64,000 nucleotides of DNA from the IMG/VR virus record IMGVR_UViG_3300047335_000017, positions 1 through 64,000 of that record, one strand, 5' to 3'. Shown one piece after another: positions 49,363 through 58,017 of this stretch (positions within the stretch are counted from its first letter, which is position 1; each line of letters begins with the position of its first letter). This DNA is from a virus. Below the pieces are notes generated by a model. The model did no database searches, was not told the origin of the DNA, and saw only the letters and a program-made list of their open reading frames with translations. The position numbers and the translations under genes were made by a program.

Positions 49363-50061
49363 ATGAAGCCGTTCTTTCCCTACTACGGCTCGACGTGGAA
49401 CCGCGCTCGCTACCTCCCTGCCCCGCGTCATTCGCTTGTGCGTGAGCGCTTTGCTGGCGGGGCGGGCTACAGCCTGTTCTACAACTGCCCCCGCGTCGAG
49501 TTGACCGATAAAGACCCGCTGATCGCTGGACTTTGGGCCTACCTCATGCGGGTGAACGCCGCCGAAATTCTGACGCTTCCCGAGCTTCCCGAAGTCGGGG
49601 ACAGCGTGGATAACTACGCGATCCCGCAAGAGGCTAAGTGGCTGATCGGCTTCTGGCTCAACCGAGGCAGCGCACAACCGAAGAAGTCGCGCACCGCCTA
49701 TTCCGCGCGCTCCGATAAAGCCCAGCTCAATTGGGGCGCGAAGGCGAAAGAGCGCATCGCCAGTCAGTTGCCGATCCTCGCGGGTTGGTCGATCCGCGAG
49801 GGGTGCTATGACGAAGGCCCACGCGACGAATGCACATGGCTTATTGATCCCCCCTATGTCGATAAGGGGAAGTTCTACCGCGAGAAGTTCTCGGATTACA
49901 CGGCGCTCGGCCAGTGGTGTCGCTCTCTCCCCGGCAGGATTATTGTCCTTGAAGGCGCGGGCGCTGACTGGCTCCCGTTCACGTCCCTCGGCGAGTTCAA
50001 GACGAGCCTCGGCAAGTCGGAAGAGAAGGTTTGGCTGGCCGATCTGAGCAGAAGGAATTGA
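49363..50061 (+). CDS. DNA N6-adenine methyltransferase (Dam/D12-class, alpha order)
   Basis: 232 aa. FAGGAG (SAM motif I) precedes DPPY (motif IV). The ATG at 49363 follows AAGGA. Confidence 0.7.
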   Translation: MKPFFPYYGSTWNRARYLPAPRHSLVRERFAGGAGYSLFYNCPRVELTDKDPLIAGLWAYLMRVNAAEILTLPELPEVGDSVDNYAIPQEAKWLIGFWLNRGSAQPKKSRTAYSARSDKAQLNWGAKAKERIASQLPILAGWSIREGCYDEGPRDECTWLIDPPYVDKGKFYREKFSDYTALGQWCRSLPGRIIVLEGAGADWLPFTSLGEFKTSLGKSEEKVWLADLSRRN

Positions 50062-50065
50062 TTTA
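50035..50065. repeat. right copy of the 31-bp direct repeat
   Basis: CTGGCCGATCTGAGCAGAAGGAATTGATTTA. Confidence 0.85.
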
Positions 50066-50418
50066 TGGCTCTCAATAAACCATCCCAGCCGTCCCAGCCG
50101 TCCCAACCTATGGGGTCATGGATTGGCGGCGTGACATCCTATGGCGACGAGGTCGAGCAGGCAAGCCACGAAGACCCGCTAGACCAGCAGATGCGCCTCT
50201 TGCGCGAGCTTAAAGACAAGCTCCTGGGTCCCGCGAGCAAGGTCGAGAACGACGAGCTGGCCATCCAAATGTCGAACGCGGCGTCCCTGGCTGAGATCGC
50301 CATCAATACCACTAACATCAGCAGCGCATTGGCGTCGATCGCTCAGACCCTCGCCAACTTCGAGAACAAATCTCGTGGCGTGGAAACGATCGCTACGTTG
50401 GATGACGTGAGCAGGTAA
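50065..50418 (+). CDS. hypothetical protein
   Basis: 117-aa ORF with an N-terminal PSQPSQPSQP repeat. Confidence 0.5.
   Translation: MALNKPSQPSQPSQPMGSWIGGVTSYGDEVEQASHEDPLDQQMRLLRELKDKLLGPASKVENDELAIQMSNAASLAEIAINTTNISSALASIAQTLANFENKSRGVETIATLDDVSR
50080..50106. repeat. 9-bp in-frame tandem repeat x3
   Basis: CCATCCCAG CCGTCCCAG CCGTCCCAA (PSQ x3). Confidence 0.8.
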
Positions 50419-51974
50419 TGTTTATCCATCCCCAATCCAAGAGCATTGTCCTGAAGGTTCGAAACCCTCAGGCCATTCTCTCCGCGCTTCCCAAGTTCAG
50501 CAGACAGATCAATGTTCCTGAAGGCAATATCGCAGTCAAGCACTCGATAGATACTGTCACTGTTCTCAGGAACCTGGGGATCAAGGCTCCCTCACCGATC
50601 GTCGCGGACTATCCCTGGCCCGGCAAGTTCACCCCGTTCGACCATCAGATCGCGATGGCCGACTTCCTCACGACCACGCCCAAGGGCTTCAACCTGTCCG
50701 ATATGGGCGTGGGGAAGACCTATGCGACCCTATGGGCGGCGGACTATCTCATGTCCAAGGGCCTCGTGAAGCGCGCCCTCGTGCTCGCTCCCCTGTCGAC
50801 CCTGGAGACGGTCTGGCAACGCGACCTGTTCAACATCCTCATGCACCGCAAGGGCGTCATCACGCATGGGGATCGCGAGCACCGCGCCAACGCTTTCGCC
50901 ATGGATGTGGACTTCTATATCTGCAACCATGACGGCATCTCGCTCAAGGATGTAGCACGCATCGTGCGCAAGAGGAAAGACATTGATCTAATCATCCTCG
51001 ACGAAGCGTCTTTCTTTCGTAACTCACAAACAACCAAATACAAATACTTGGCTTGGGCAATCGAGGACAAGCCGAGGTTCTGGCCCATGACGGGAACACC
51101 CTACGCCAACGGCCCTACAGATGCGTGGGCGCTCTCGCGCCTCGTAAGCCCTCATCGCGTCCCAAAGTTCTTCGGTGCGTTCAAGCGCATGACCATGGTT
51201 CAGGTCTCGCAGTTCAAGTACGTCCCCAAAAAGGGCGCTGAAGAGATCGCCTTCAACGCCATGCAGCCGGCGGTTCGCTTCAAGAAGAGCGAGTGCTTGA
51301 GCCTCCCGCCGGTTGTCACGCTCGATCGCCAAGCGACCCTGACCCAGGCGCAGCGTGACGCCTACAAGACGCTGCGCGACGACATGATGATGCAATCCAA
51401 GAGTGGACCCATCCATGCCGTTAACGCGGCGGATGCGCTCAACAAGCTCAGACAAGTATTATGTGGAGCAATTAAAAATCCTGGTGCCGACACTTACGAC
51501 ATCATCGATCACGCGCCCCGCGTTAATGAGCTGGTTAACGCGATCAACGAAGCGGCGGCGAAAGTCATCGTTATAGTACCCTTCAAGGGGATCATTCAAT
51601 CGCTTGAGAACGAGCTTAAAACGAAGTTCTCCGTGGCTGTCCTCAATGGAGATGTTAGTATTGGCCGACGTAACAGGATCATCGAGGCGTTCAAGACTGG
51701 CACGGACCCACACATACTCCTGTGCCATCCTAAGGTCATGAGCCATGGACTGAACCTGACTGAGGCGGATACTATCATCTTCTACGCGCCCATCTACTCA
51801 CATGATGAATACTCCCAAGTCATCGAGCGTTTTAACAGAACCGGCCAGACCCGCAAGATGCGTGTCATCCGGATCGCGGCCCATCCGCTGGAGTGGGACA
51901 TTTACAGGCTAGTTGACAACAAGGCAATAACGCAAGATAATATCCTAAGATTGTACCGAGAGGTTACGCAATGA
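50418..51974 (+). CDS. SNF2-family helicase/translocase
   Basis: 518 aa with DMGVGKT (motif I), LIILDEASFF (DEAx box), MTGTPYAN (motif III) and C-terminal HGLNLTEADTIIFY...QVIERFNRTGQ. Confidence 0.8.
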   Translation: MFIHPQSKSIVLKVRNPQAILSALPKFSRQINVPEGNIAVKHSIDTVTVLRNLGIKAPSPIVADYPWPGKFTPFDHQIAMADFLTTTPKGFNLSDMGVGKTYATLWAADYLMSKGLVKRALVLAPLSTLETVWQRDLFNILMHRKGVITHGDREHRANAFAMDVDFYICNHDGISLKDVARIVRKRKDIDLIILDEASFFRNSQTTKYKYLAWAIEDKPRFWPMTGTPYANGPTDAWALSRLVSPHRVPKFFGAFKRMTMVQVSQFKYVPKKGAEEIAFNAMQPAVRFKKSECLSLPPVVTLDRQATLTQAQRDAYKTLRDDMMMQSKSGPIHAVNAADALNKLRQVLCGAIKNPGADTYDIIDHAPRVNELVNAINEAAAKVIVIVPFKGIIQSLENELKTKFSVAVLNGDVSIGRRNRIIEAFKTGTDPHILLCHPKVMSHGLNLTEADTIIFYAPIYSHDEYSQVIERFNRTGQTRKMRVIRIAAHPLEWDIYRLVDNKAITQDNILRLYREVTQ

Positions 51975-52375
51975 GCGATAGCGAAGGGAACGTCACGCTC
52001 GATCGCGTGGTCAAGGCGTTCGTCAAGATCAGGGACAAGCGCAGCGAAGAGAAGCGCGCTTGGGAAGCCAAGGATCGCGAGCTGAAGGACCAGCAGGAAA
52101 CGCTCGAGAGCTTCCTGCTCGGGACCATGCAGACTTTAGGCGCGAAGAGCGTCAAAACGGACCATGGGACGGTCTATTCGGCAATTGAGGTTACGCCTCA
52201 GGCATCCGATTGGGACGCGTTCTATGCGTGGGTGGCGGAAGAAAATGCTTTTGAGGCGCTGGAGAAGCGCATCAAGAAAACTTTCGTCGTCGCCTACATG
52301 GAAGACCACGACGGGGAACTGCCGCCCGGCGTGCAAGTGTTCAGGCAGCATACCGTAACCATACGTCGCAGCTAA
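51971..52375 (+). CDS. hypothetical replication/recombination-module protein
   Basis: 134-aa ORF whose start overlaps the helicase stop. It has an N-terminal coiled coil. Confidence 0.5.
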   Translation: MSDSEGNVTLDRVVKAFVKIRDKRSEEKRAWEAKDRELKDQQETLESFLLGTMQTLGAKSVKTDHGTVYSAIEVTPQASDWDAFYAWVAEENAFEALEKRIKKTFVVAYMEDHDGELPPGVQVFRQHTVTIRRS

Positions 52376-52388
52376 GGACATCAATCAA

Positions 52389-53639
52389 ATGGCTAACAAC
52401 GCATTGGCTATCTTCGATCCGGCTCAGCTCCCATCTCACATCGCGGAAGTGATGAAGAGCGGCGAGAGCAACATCGTGACGCGTCCCGGCTTCAACTCGG
52501 TCACGTTCGCTGGGAAGGTCTGGGCAATCACGCTCAACGGCGACAAGCGCCCACTGATGAAGCGCAACGAGGAAGGCGAGGAAGAGCCGGTCCAGACCTT
52601 CAACGCCATTATCCTCGCCTACCCCGAGCGTCGGGGTCGGACCTATTACGAGGGCGCTTACAACGCCGAACAGGAGAGCGCGCCTGTTTGCTGGTCGAAC
52701 GATGGCATCACGCCGGACGAGAAATCTCCCAAGCGTCAGAGCGCCACTTGCGCCAAATGCCCGATGTCGGCGAAGGGCTCGCGCCAGACCGAGAACGGCA
52801 AAGCAGCCAGGGCGTGTGGCGAACACCGCATGGTTGCCGTCATCCCGGCCTCCCGCATCGGCGAGTTCCCGCCCATGCGCATGAAGCTGGCCATCACGTC
52901 CGACTATGACGGCCAGAACAAAACGCTCCAGGCGCAAGGCTGGTTCGCGTTCTCCAACTACATGGACTTCCTGAAAGGGAAGCGCGTCAACTTCACCTAT
53001 CTGCTGACGACGAAGATCAAGTTCGATCCGACCGAGGGGATCAACTATCCGAAGCTGATCTTCTCTCCCGGCAAGTGGTTGTCTTCCGAGCAGTTCGAAG
53101 CGGTGAAGCAGATCGCAACGTCGCCCGAGATCGAGGGTATCCTGAAGACGGAGTTCAACCCCAAGATCGAAGACGCGCCTCTGACCGAGGAAGAGGACGA
53201 GCTGGCAGAGCAGCCCGTGGTCACGGCCAAGCCCGCTGGTCGAACGGTCGCGAAGCCGGCGGCGAAGCCGGCTCCCGAGCCCGAGGACGATGGGGAAGGC
53301 GGCGAAGAGCCAGAACCCGCGCCCGTGAAGCCCGCTCCGAACAAGCCTGCCCCGGCGGCTGCCAAGGCCAACGGCCATGCTCCCGTGGTCGCGGACGAGG
53401 ACGACGAACCCGTGGTCACGGCCAAGCCCGCTCCGGCCAAGCCGGCGGCGAACCCCAAGGCCGAAGCCGCCGTGAAGGCCGCTGCGGCTCGCAAGGCCGC
53501 TCCCCAAGTCGCGGACGAAGGGGAAGAAGCCCCGCCAGCACCTGTCAAACCTAAGGCTGGTGGCAAGCCTGCGGCCTCCACGCCACCCGTTGCGGCCTCC
53601 GCTGCGGTCAACAGCGTCCTGTCGGATTGGGACGACTAA
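52389..53639 (+). CDS. putative ssDNA-binding / recombination-mediator protein
   Basis: 416 aa. It has a Cys cluster (CWSNDG...CAKCP...ACGEHR), a PAKPA-type low-complexity linker and an acidic tip (SDWDD). It sits between the helicase and primase genes. Confidence 0.45.
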   Translation: MANNALAIFDPAQLPSHIAEVMKSGESNIVTRPGFNSVTFAGKVWAITLNGDKRPLMKRNEEGEEEPVQTFNAIILAYPERRGRTYYEGAYNAEQESAPVCWSNDGITPDEKSPKRQSATCAKCPMSAKGSRQTENGKAARACGEHRMVAVIPASRIGEFPPMRMKLAITSDYDGQNKTLQAQGWFAFSNYMDFLKGKRVNFTYLLTTKIKFDPTEGINYPKLIFSPGKWLSSEQFEAVKQIATSPEIEGILKTEFNPKIEDAPLTEEEDELAEQPVVTAKPAGRTVAKPAAKPAPEPEDDGEGGEEPEPAPVKPAPNKPAPAAAKANGHAPVVADEDDEPVVTAKPAPAKPAANPKAEAAVKAAAARKAAPQVADEGEEAPPAPVKPKAGGKPAASTPPVAASAAVNSVLSDWDD

Positions 53640-53672
53640 GGTTCACAAAAACTTCAACATCGTGCTAACTTT

Positions 53673-53703
53673 GCATCCCCGCGCGAGGCGGGGATGCTTT
53701 TTT
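53673..53703 (+). terminator. intrinsic terminator
   Basis: GCATCCCCGC-GCGAG-GCGGGGATGC followed by TTTTTT. Confidence 0.75.
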
Positions 53704-53718
53704 GGACCGGGGGATGTA

Positions 53719-54066
53719 ATGGACGCGAGGATATTGGACAATCCAAAACAAGCATACGGGGATGAAAAGCCAAGGGCGCATCTTGTTCCACTGAGCGCGT
53801 TGATGGATGTATCTAAAGTGATGGCCTTCGGCGCGGCCAAATATGGGGTCAAGAACTGGCGCAAGCAACCAATCAGAGCATCTACATACTATAGCGCGAT
53901 GCTTCGTCACTTAATTGCTTGGTATGAGTATTCCGAGAACGACGATCGTGAAAGCTCCCAGCCGCATCTCGCGCATGTGATCGCCAACTGCATGATCCTG
54001 CTCGATGCTCAGGAGCAGGGAACATTGATTGACGACAGGGACTTCTCCGAAATTCTAGGCAAATGA
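53719..54066 (+). CDS. MazG-like dNTP diphosphohydrolase-family protein (DUF5664-like)
   Basis: ATG at 53719. VMAFGAAKYGVKNWRK...YYSAMLRHLIAW...ESSQPHLAHVIANCMILL resembles the phage dATP/dGTP diphosphohydrolase N-terminal family, as far as I remember it. Confidence 0.5.
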   Translation: MDARILDNPKQAYGDEKPRAHLVPLSALMDVSKVMAFGAAKYGVKNWRKQPIRASTYYSAMLRHLIAWYEYSENDDRESSQPHLAHVIANCMILLDAQEQGTLIDDRDFSEILGK

Positions 54067-54069
54067 GCC

Positions 54070-57009
54070 ATGAACACGAGGGAATTTCTCACGCTCGTAT
54101 GGCCCATCGAAGGCCCGTACTGCATAGCCAAGCCTTGGTTTACCAAAGAGAAAAAGAGGGTCTACGCGCACAAGGCGCTAGAGACCATCAATGATGTCGT
54201 TGCGTTCGTCATGCAAGAGCGTGGAACGACAGATCTTTATTTCGCCGTGCATACTCTCAAGGTTGCTCGTCAGACAAACCCCTCGACGGGGAAGCTCCAG
54301 ACATACCGCACGCACGCCAACATGAAAGAGGCGCGGGCGTTCTTCTTCGATCTGGACGTCGGCCCTCAGGAAGAGGGAAAGCTCCCGAAGTACGCAACGC
54401 AGCAGGACGCCAAGGACGATCTCGATCGCTTCCTCTTCGCCACGAACCTCCCGACACCCTTCGTCGTCAGCTCGGGAGGCGGGCTTCACGTCTACTGGAT
54501 TGTCACTGATCCGATTGAAAGCGAGGAATGGAAAACTCCAGCGGACAAACTGCATTGGTTGGCGAAGAAACATCACTTACGCGCCGACCCTTCCCGCACG
54601 ACGGATCAATCAAGCGTTCTGAGAGTACCCAACACGTTCAACTACAAGAACGTGAACGCTCCACGCAAGGTTGAAATCCTGATTGAAGGCGTCGTGACCG
54701 ACACGGAGGATTTCCTCAACGAGATCGAAGCGCTCGTCGGCACGGAGTACGTGCCAGTCCAATACCTCCAGTCGACCCACGCGCCCCGCCTGCCAGGCGT
54801 GCGCTTCGATGGACGCCTGACGCCTTCCGAGGAAGTGGCCGAAGTGTGCGAGCAGATGCGCATCTTCAGGGACAGCCAAGGGAACGTCCCCGAGCCGCAC
54901 TGGCACGTCGGCGTGGGCACGATGAAGTATACGGATGGCGGGGAGTCCCTGGTTCATGAGTGGTCCCAGGGGCACGCCAACTATACCTTCGCCGAGACCC
55001 AGGACAAGATCGACGCCTGGACCATGAACCCGCCATCGTGCGACAAGATCAAGGCCAATTGCGACGCGGCGGTGTGCGAGCGCTGCCCCAACGTGAGCTT
55101 CGCGAAGAACCCGATCGCCATCGCCAACAAGGTCTGGGAGCAGCGCAACGCGCCCGCGCCCCGGCTTCTGGCTTCCGCCGGCCCTCAGCCCGTCACGCAT
55201 CTGATCGACCCGCCCTTCCCCTGGCAGCGCACGCCCACGGGCATCATCGAGATACGCAAGAAGGGCGAGAACCCGGAAGACGATATCAAGAAGCCGAAGT
55301 TCGTCAAAATCTGCGACTACGATATCTTCCCGGTGTTCATGTTCGAAAGCCTGGAGAACGAACAGGGCTTCACGCGTTGGGCGGTAACGATCCCTCGGAG
55401 CGGGCAGGAGATCATTGATTTACCAAATAATGTGTTCGCCGACCACAAGAATGTTTGCTCGGCACTGTTCAACAAGAAGGTCAACATCGCGCCTCAACAC
55501 TATCAGAGGATGTACGACTTCATGAAAGCGTATCTTCGTGAACTCCAGAAGTTCGCCGTCGCCATCGAGCAATACGATCATGTCGGTTGGGACTTCGACG
55601 AACACGCGGAACTCAAGGCGTTCATCCTGGCTGGGAAGAAACTCTCCCTGGATGACGGCTCGCTCGAAGTGTGCGCCATGAGCAAAACGACACAGGACGT
55701 GTCCGCGTTCATGGGACAAGCCGGATCACTGGACAAGCAGATCGAGTTGATGGAGTTCTACAATCACGACGACTTTCTCGCTCAGCAGTTCGTGATCGGG
55801 GCATCATTGGCCACGCCATTGTTCAGGTGGAGCACGCTTCATGGCGTGGTCATCAACATGGCTGGAGAGACTGGACAATCCAAGAGTACTGGATTGAGCT
55901 TCGCCGCGAGCTTGTGGGGCGATCCAAAGCTCTATCCCCTGTCGGGCTTGAAGATGGGTGGCACGGAGAAGGCGAAGTTCGAACGCGGCGCAATGCTGCG
56001 CAACCTTCCATTCATGATCGACGAGATCACTCTGCTAGAGCCTCAAGTTGCCCGCGAACTCGTCATGTCTGTAAGTCAACCGGGCGACTATACATCCATG
56101 AAGCAGGATCGCACATTGCGCCCACCACGTAAAGGACGCAAGTCGTTCATAATGATTTGCACAGCAAACAACTCGCTCACCCAATTGATCAACTTCGACA
56201 GCCGAGCGGGACAAGCAGGGACGGCGCGCATCTTCGAAATTCAGATGAGGCGCAGCAATGAACGAACCAAGCAGGAAGCCGACGCCGTGATGCGGCTGCT
56301 CTGCAAGAACTATGGCCACGTCGGCGAGAGCTTCATGAGCCAGATACTCCCGGCGATTGACAAGGCCGGCGAGCGGTACATCAGGGAACTCCAGCGCGTG
56401 GAGCAGGCCATCGGCGCTACCCAGGAAGAGCGCTTCATGACCAGCGCCGCCGCGTCGGGCATCTATGGAGTGAAGTTCGGAACCCGCCTGGGCTACTTCC
56501 CCTACGACCCGAAGCGTGTCGAGGAATGGGTGATCGAAGAACAGATACCGGCCATGCGCGGCATCATGAGCGGCGAGCTGTCGCGGCGCGATCCCGAGAT
56601 CGTGGTTGGCGACTACCTCGACGAGATCAATGGCAAGACGGCCCGCGTCGAGCTGGACACGAAGGGTAACGTCGGCGGCGTGGTCATTGTTCCAAACGGA
56701 GAACTATGCGCTCATATCGATATCACGAACCAGGAAATATGGGTGAGGCTGGACCCGTTCAGGAATTACTGCGGAAGGAACGGCCACGACATGAACAACA
56801 TACTCGGAGCGCTCCTGAAGAAAGGAATGGTGACGAACGCCCGCGTCAGGAAGTTCCTCGCGGAGGGAACGAGCGCGGCTAAAACGAGGGTCTATTGCTT
56901 CATCATTGATCTGAAGAAGTGTGGCGCGACGTTCGCCCCGCCTCCGATCCAGGTCGATCAGGATGACACCGTGGTGGCGTTCAAGCCACGCAAAAAGGGC
57001 GCTACCTGA
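54070..57009 (+). CDS. primase-polymerase / SF3 (D5-like) helicase fusion
   Basis: 979 aa. The N-terminal FFFDLDVG...VVSSGGGLHVYW is prim-pol-like. It has a Cys cluster (CDKIKANCDAAVCERCPN), Walker A GETGQSKST and Walker B FMIDEIT. Confidence 0.8.
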   Translation: MNTREFLTLVWPIEGPYCIAKPWFTKEKKRVYAHKALETINDVVAFVMQERGTTDLYFAVHTLKVARQTNPSTGKLQTYRTHANMKEARAFFFDLDVGPQEEGKLPKYATQQDAKDDLDRFLFATNLPTPFVVSSGGGLHVYWIVTDPIESEEWKTPADKLHWLAKKHHLRADPSRTTDQSSVLRVPNTFNYKNVNAPRKVEILIEGVVTDTEDFLNEIEALVGTEYVPVQYLQSTHAPRLPGVRFDGRLTPSEEVAEVCEQMRIFRDSQGNVPEPHWHVGVGTMKYTDGGESLVHEWSQGHANYTFAETQDKIDAWTMNPPSCDKIKANCDAAVCERCPNVSFAKNPIAIANKVWEQRNAPAPRLLASAGPQPVTHLIDPPFPWQRTPTGIIEIRKKGENPEDDIKKPKFVKICDYDIFPVFMFESLENEQGFTRWAVTIPRSGQEIIDLPNNVFADHKNVCSALFNKKVNIAPQHYQRMYDFMKAYLRELQKFAVAIEQYDHVGWDFDEHAELKAFILAGKKLSLDDGSLEVCAMSKTTQDVSAFMGQAGSLDKQIELMEFYNHDDFLAQQFVIGASLATPLFRWSTLHGVVINMAGETGQSKSTGLSFAASLWGDPKLYPLSGLKMGGTEKAKFERGAMLRNLPFMIDEITLLEPQVARELVMSVSQPGDYTSMKQDRTLRPPRKGRKSFIMICTANNSLTQLINFDSRAGQAGTARIFEIQMRRSNERTKQEADAVMRLLCKNYGHVGESFMSQILPAIDKAGERYIRELQRVEQAIGATQEERFMTSAAASGIYGVKFGTRLGYFPYDPKRVEEWVIEEQIPAMRGIMSGELSRRDPEIVVGDYLDEINGKTARVELDTKGNVGGVVIVPNGELCAHIDITNQEIWVRLDPFRNYCGRNGHDMNNILGALLKKGMVTNARVRKFLAEGTSAAKTRVYCFIIDLKKCGATFAPPPIQVDQDDTVVAFKPRKKGAT

Positions 57010-57046
57010 TTGGGTCAGGCCCGCGCCCCTTCCGTCCTCTCGATCA

Positions 57047-58009
57047 TCACGCCCTCTTCTTGGGAACCCCCCGTCCTGGCGGCATCGTCGGCTTGCGCGG
57101 CCCGCCGGGCGGGTTCGCCGCGTTGAGCGCCGCGATCTTCTTCCGACCGAGCGCGTCCGCCGCGCCATGCGTCAGGACCGCTTCGTGGGGCGCGAGCATG
57201 GCCGGAACCTTGTCGACGTTGCCCGTGCCCTTGCCCGGCACCTGGGCGGTCCCCCGGAACACGCCAACGGGCGGCGTAGCCCCTCCCCCTCCCGCTGGGG
57301 CCATGCTTGGCGGTGGCATCATAGCCCCGCCTCCAGCACCTTGAGAGGGTGGCATCCCCATCCCACCCATGGGCGGTCCCCCAGCTCCCCCACCAGCAGC
57401 CATGAGCGAAGGAAGTATTGCGGCAAGACCGCCGCCCTTTGCCTTCTGAGCGTTGTTCATCGCGGCCCGAGCGTGACCCTTGGGAGGCATCACGTTGGAT
57501 GTGCCCTTCTTGTGCGCGCCTATCGCGCCGTTCCCCGAGTTGAACAAGCTTTGTGGCTGGTTCACGCCAGGATGCTGTCGGATGTAGGAGCTGACATCAT
57601 CGCTGCTCGATCCGATCCCGTCAGTGACCCCGCTCCCTCCCCCGCCCGCGAGCGCGTTGTTGCCCATCAGGCCATTGCGGAAGAGCCGCGCCCCGAGCAA
57701 ACCAAGAGGCTGGAGATCGAGCCCCGTGACTTGATTTTGGACGTTCTGACCCTGGGTCCGCGCGTACTCGTCCTGGGTCTGCGCGCCCTGGAACTGGCGC
57801 TGGCTCTGCGCATTGGGCGCGACCTGGGCAGCCTCTTCGCCGGTCAGGTTCGTCTGCGCGTAACGCAGCGCGTTCTCGCTGGCGGTCGATCCTGGGAGCA
57901 CGCTCGCCTGGGTGTTCTCCAGGTTGGCCGCTGCGGTCGTTCGCTGCTGCTCGAGATCGTACTTGCGATTGAGCGCATCCATAAATCCGGGAGGCGGACC
58001 AGCCATCAC
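57047..58009 (-). CDS. Gly/Met/Pro-rich internal virion protein
   Basis: 320 aa converging on the primase gene. It contains GGPPMGGMGMPPSQGAGGGAMMPPP and ends GTGNVDKVPAMLAPHEAVLT... Its composition is paralogous to 16833..18452. Confidence 0.6.
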   Translation of the reverse strand: MMAGPPPGFMDALNRKYDLEQQRTTAAANLENTQASVLPGSTASENALRYAQTNLTGEEAAQVAPNAQSQRQFQGAQTQDEYARTQGQNVQNQVTGLDLQPLGLLGARLFRNGLMGNNALAGGGGSGVTDGIGSSSDDVSSYIRQHPGVNQPQSLFNSGNGAIGAHKKGTSNVMPPKGHARAAMNNAQKAKGGGLAAILPSLMAAGGGAGGPPMGGMGMPPSQGAGGGAMMPPPSMAPAGGGGATPPVGVFRGTAQVPGKGTGNVDKVPAMLAPHEAVLTHGAADALGRKKIAALNAANPPGGPRKPTMPPGRGVPKKRA

Positions 58010-58017
58010 TGTTCTCC

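Noticed and set aside
49360-53611. Minus-strand ORFs 49360..50106, 52341..53507 and 53045..53611
   Set aside because: They are antisense to the methyltransferase and SSB-like genes. They are low-complexity Gly/Arg/Ala products of GC-rich antisense frames.
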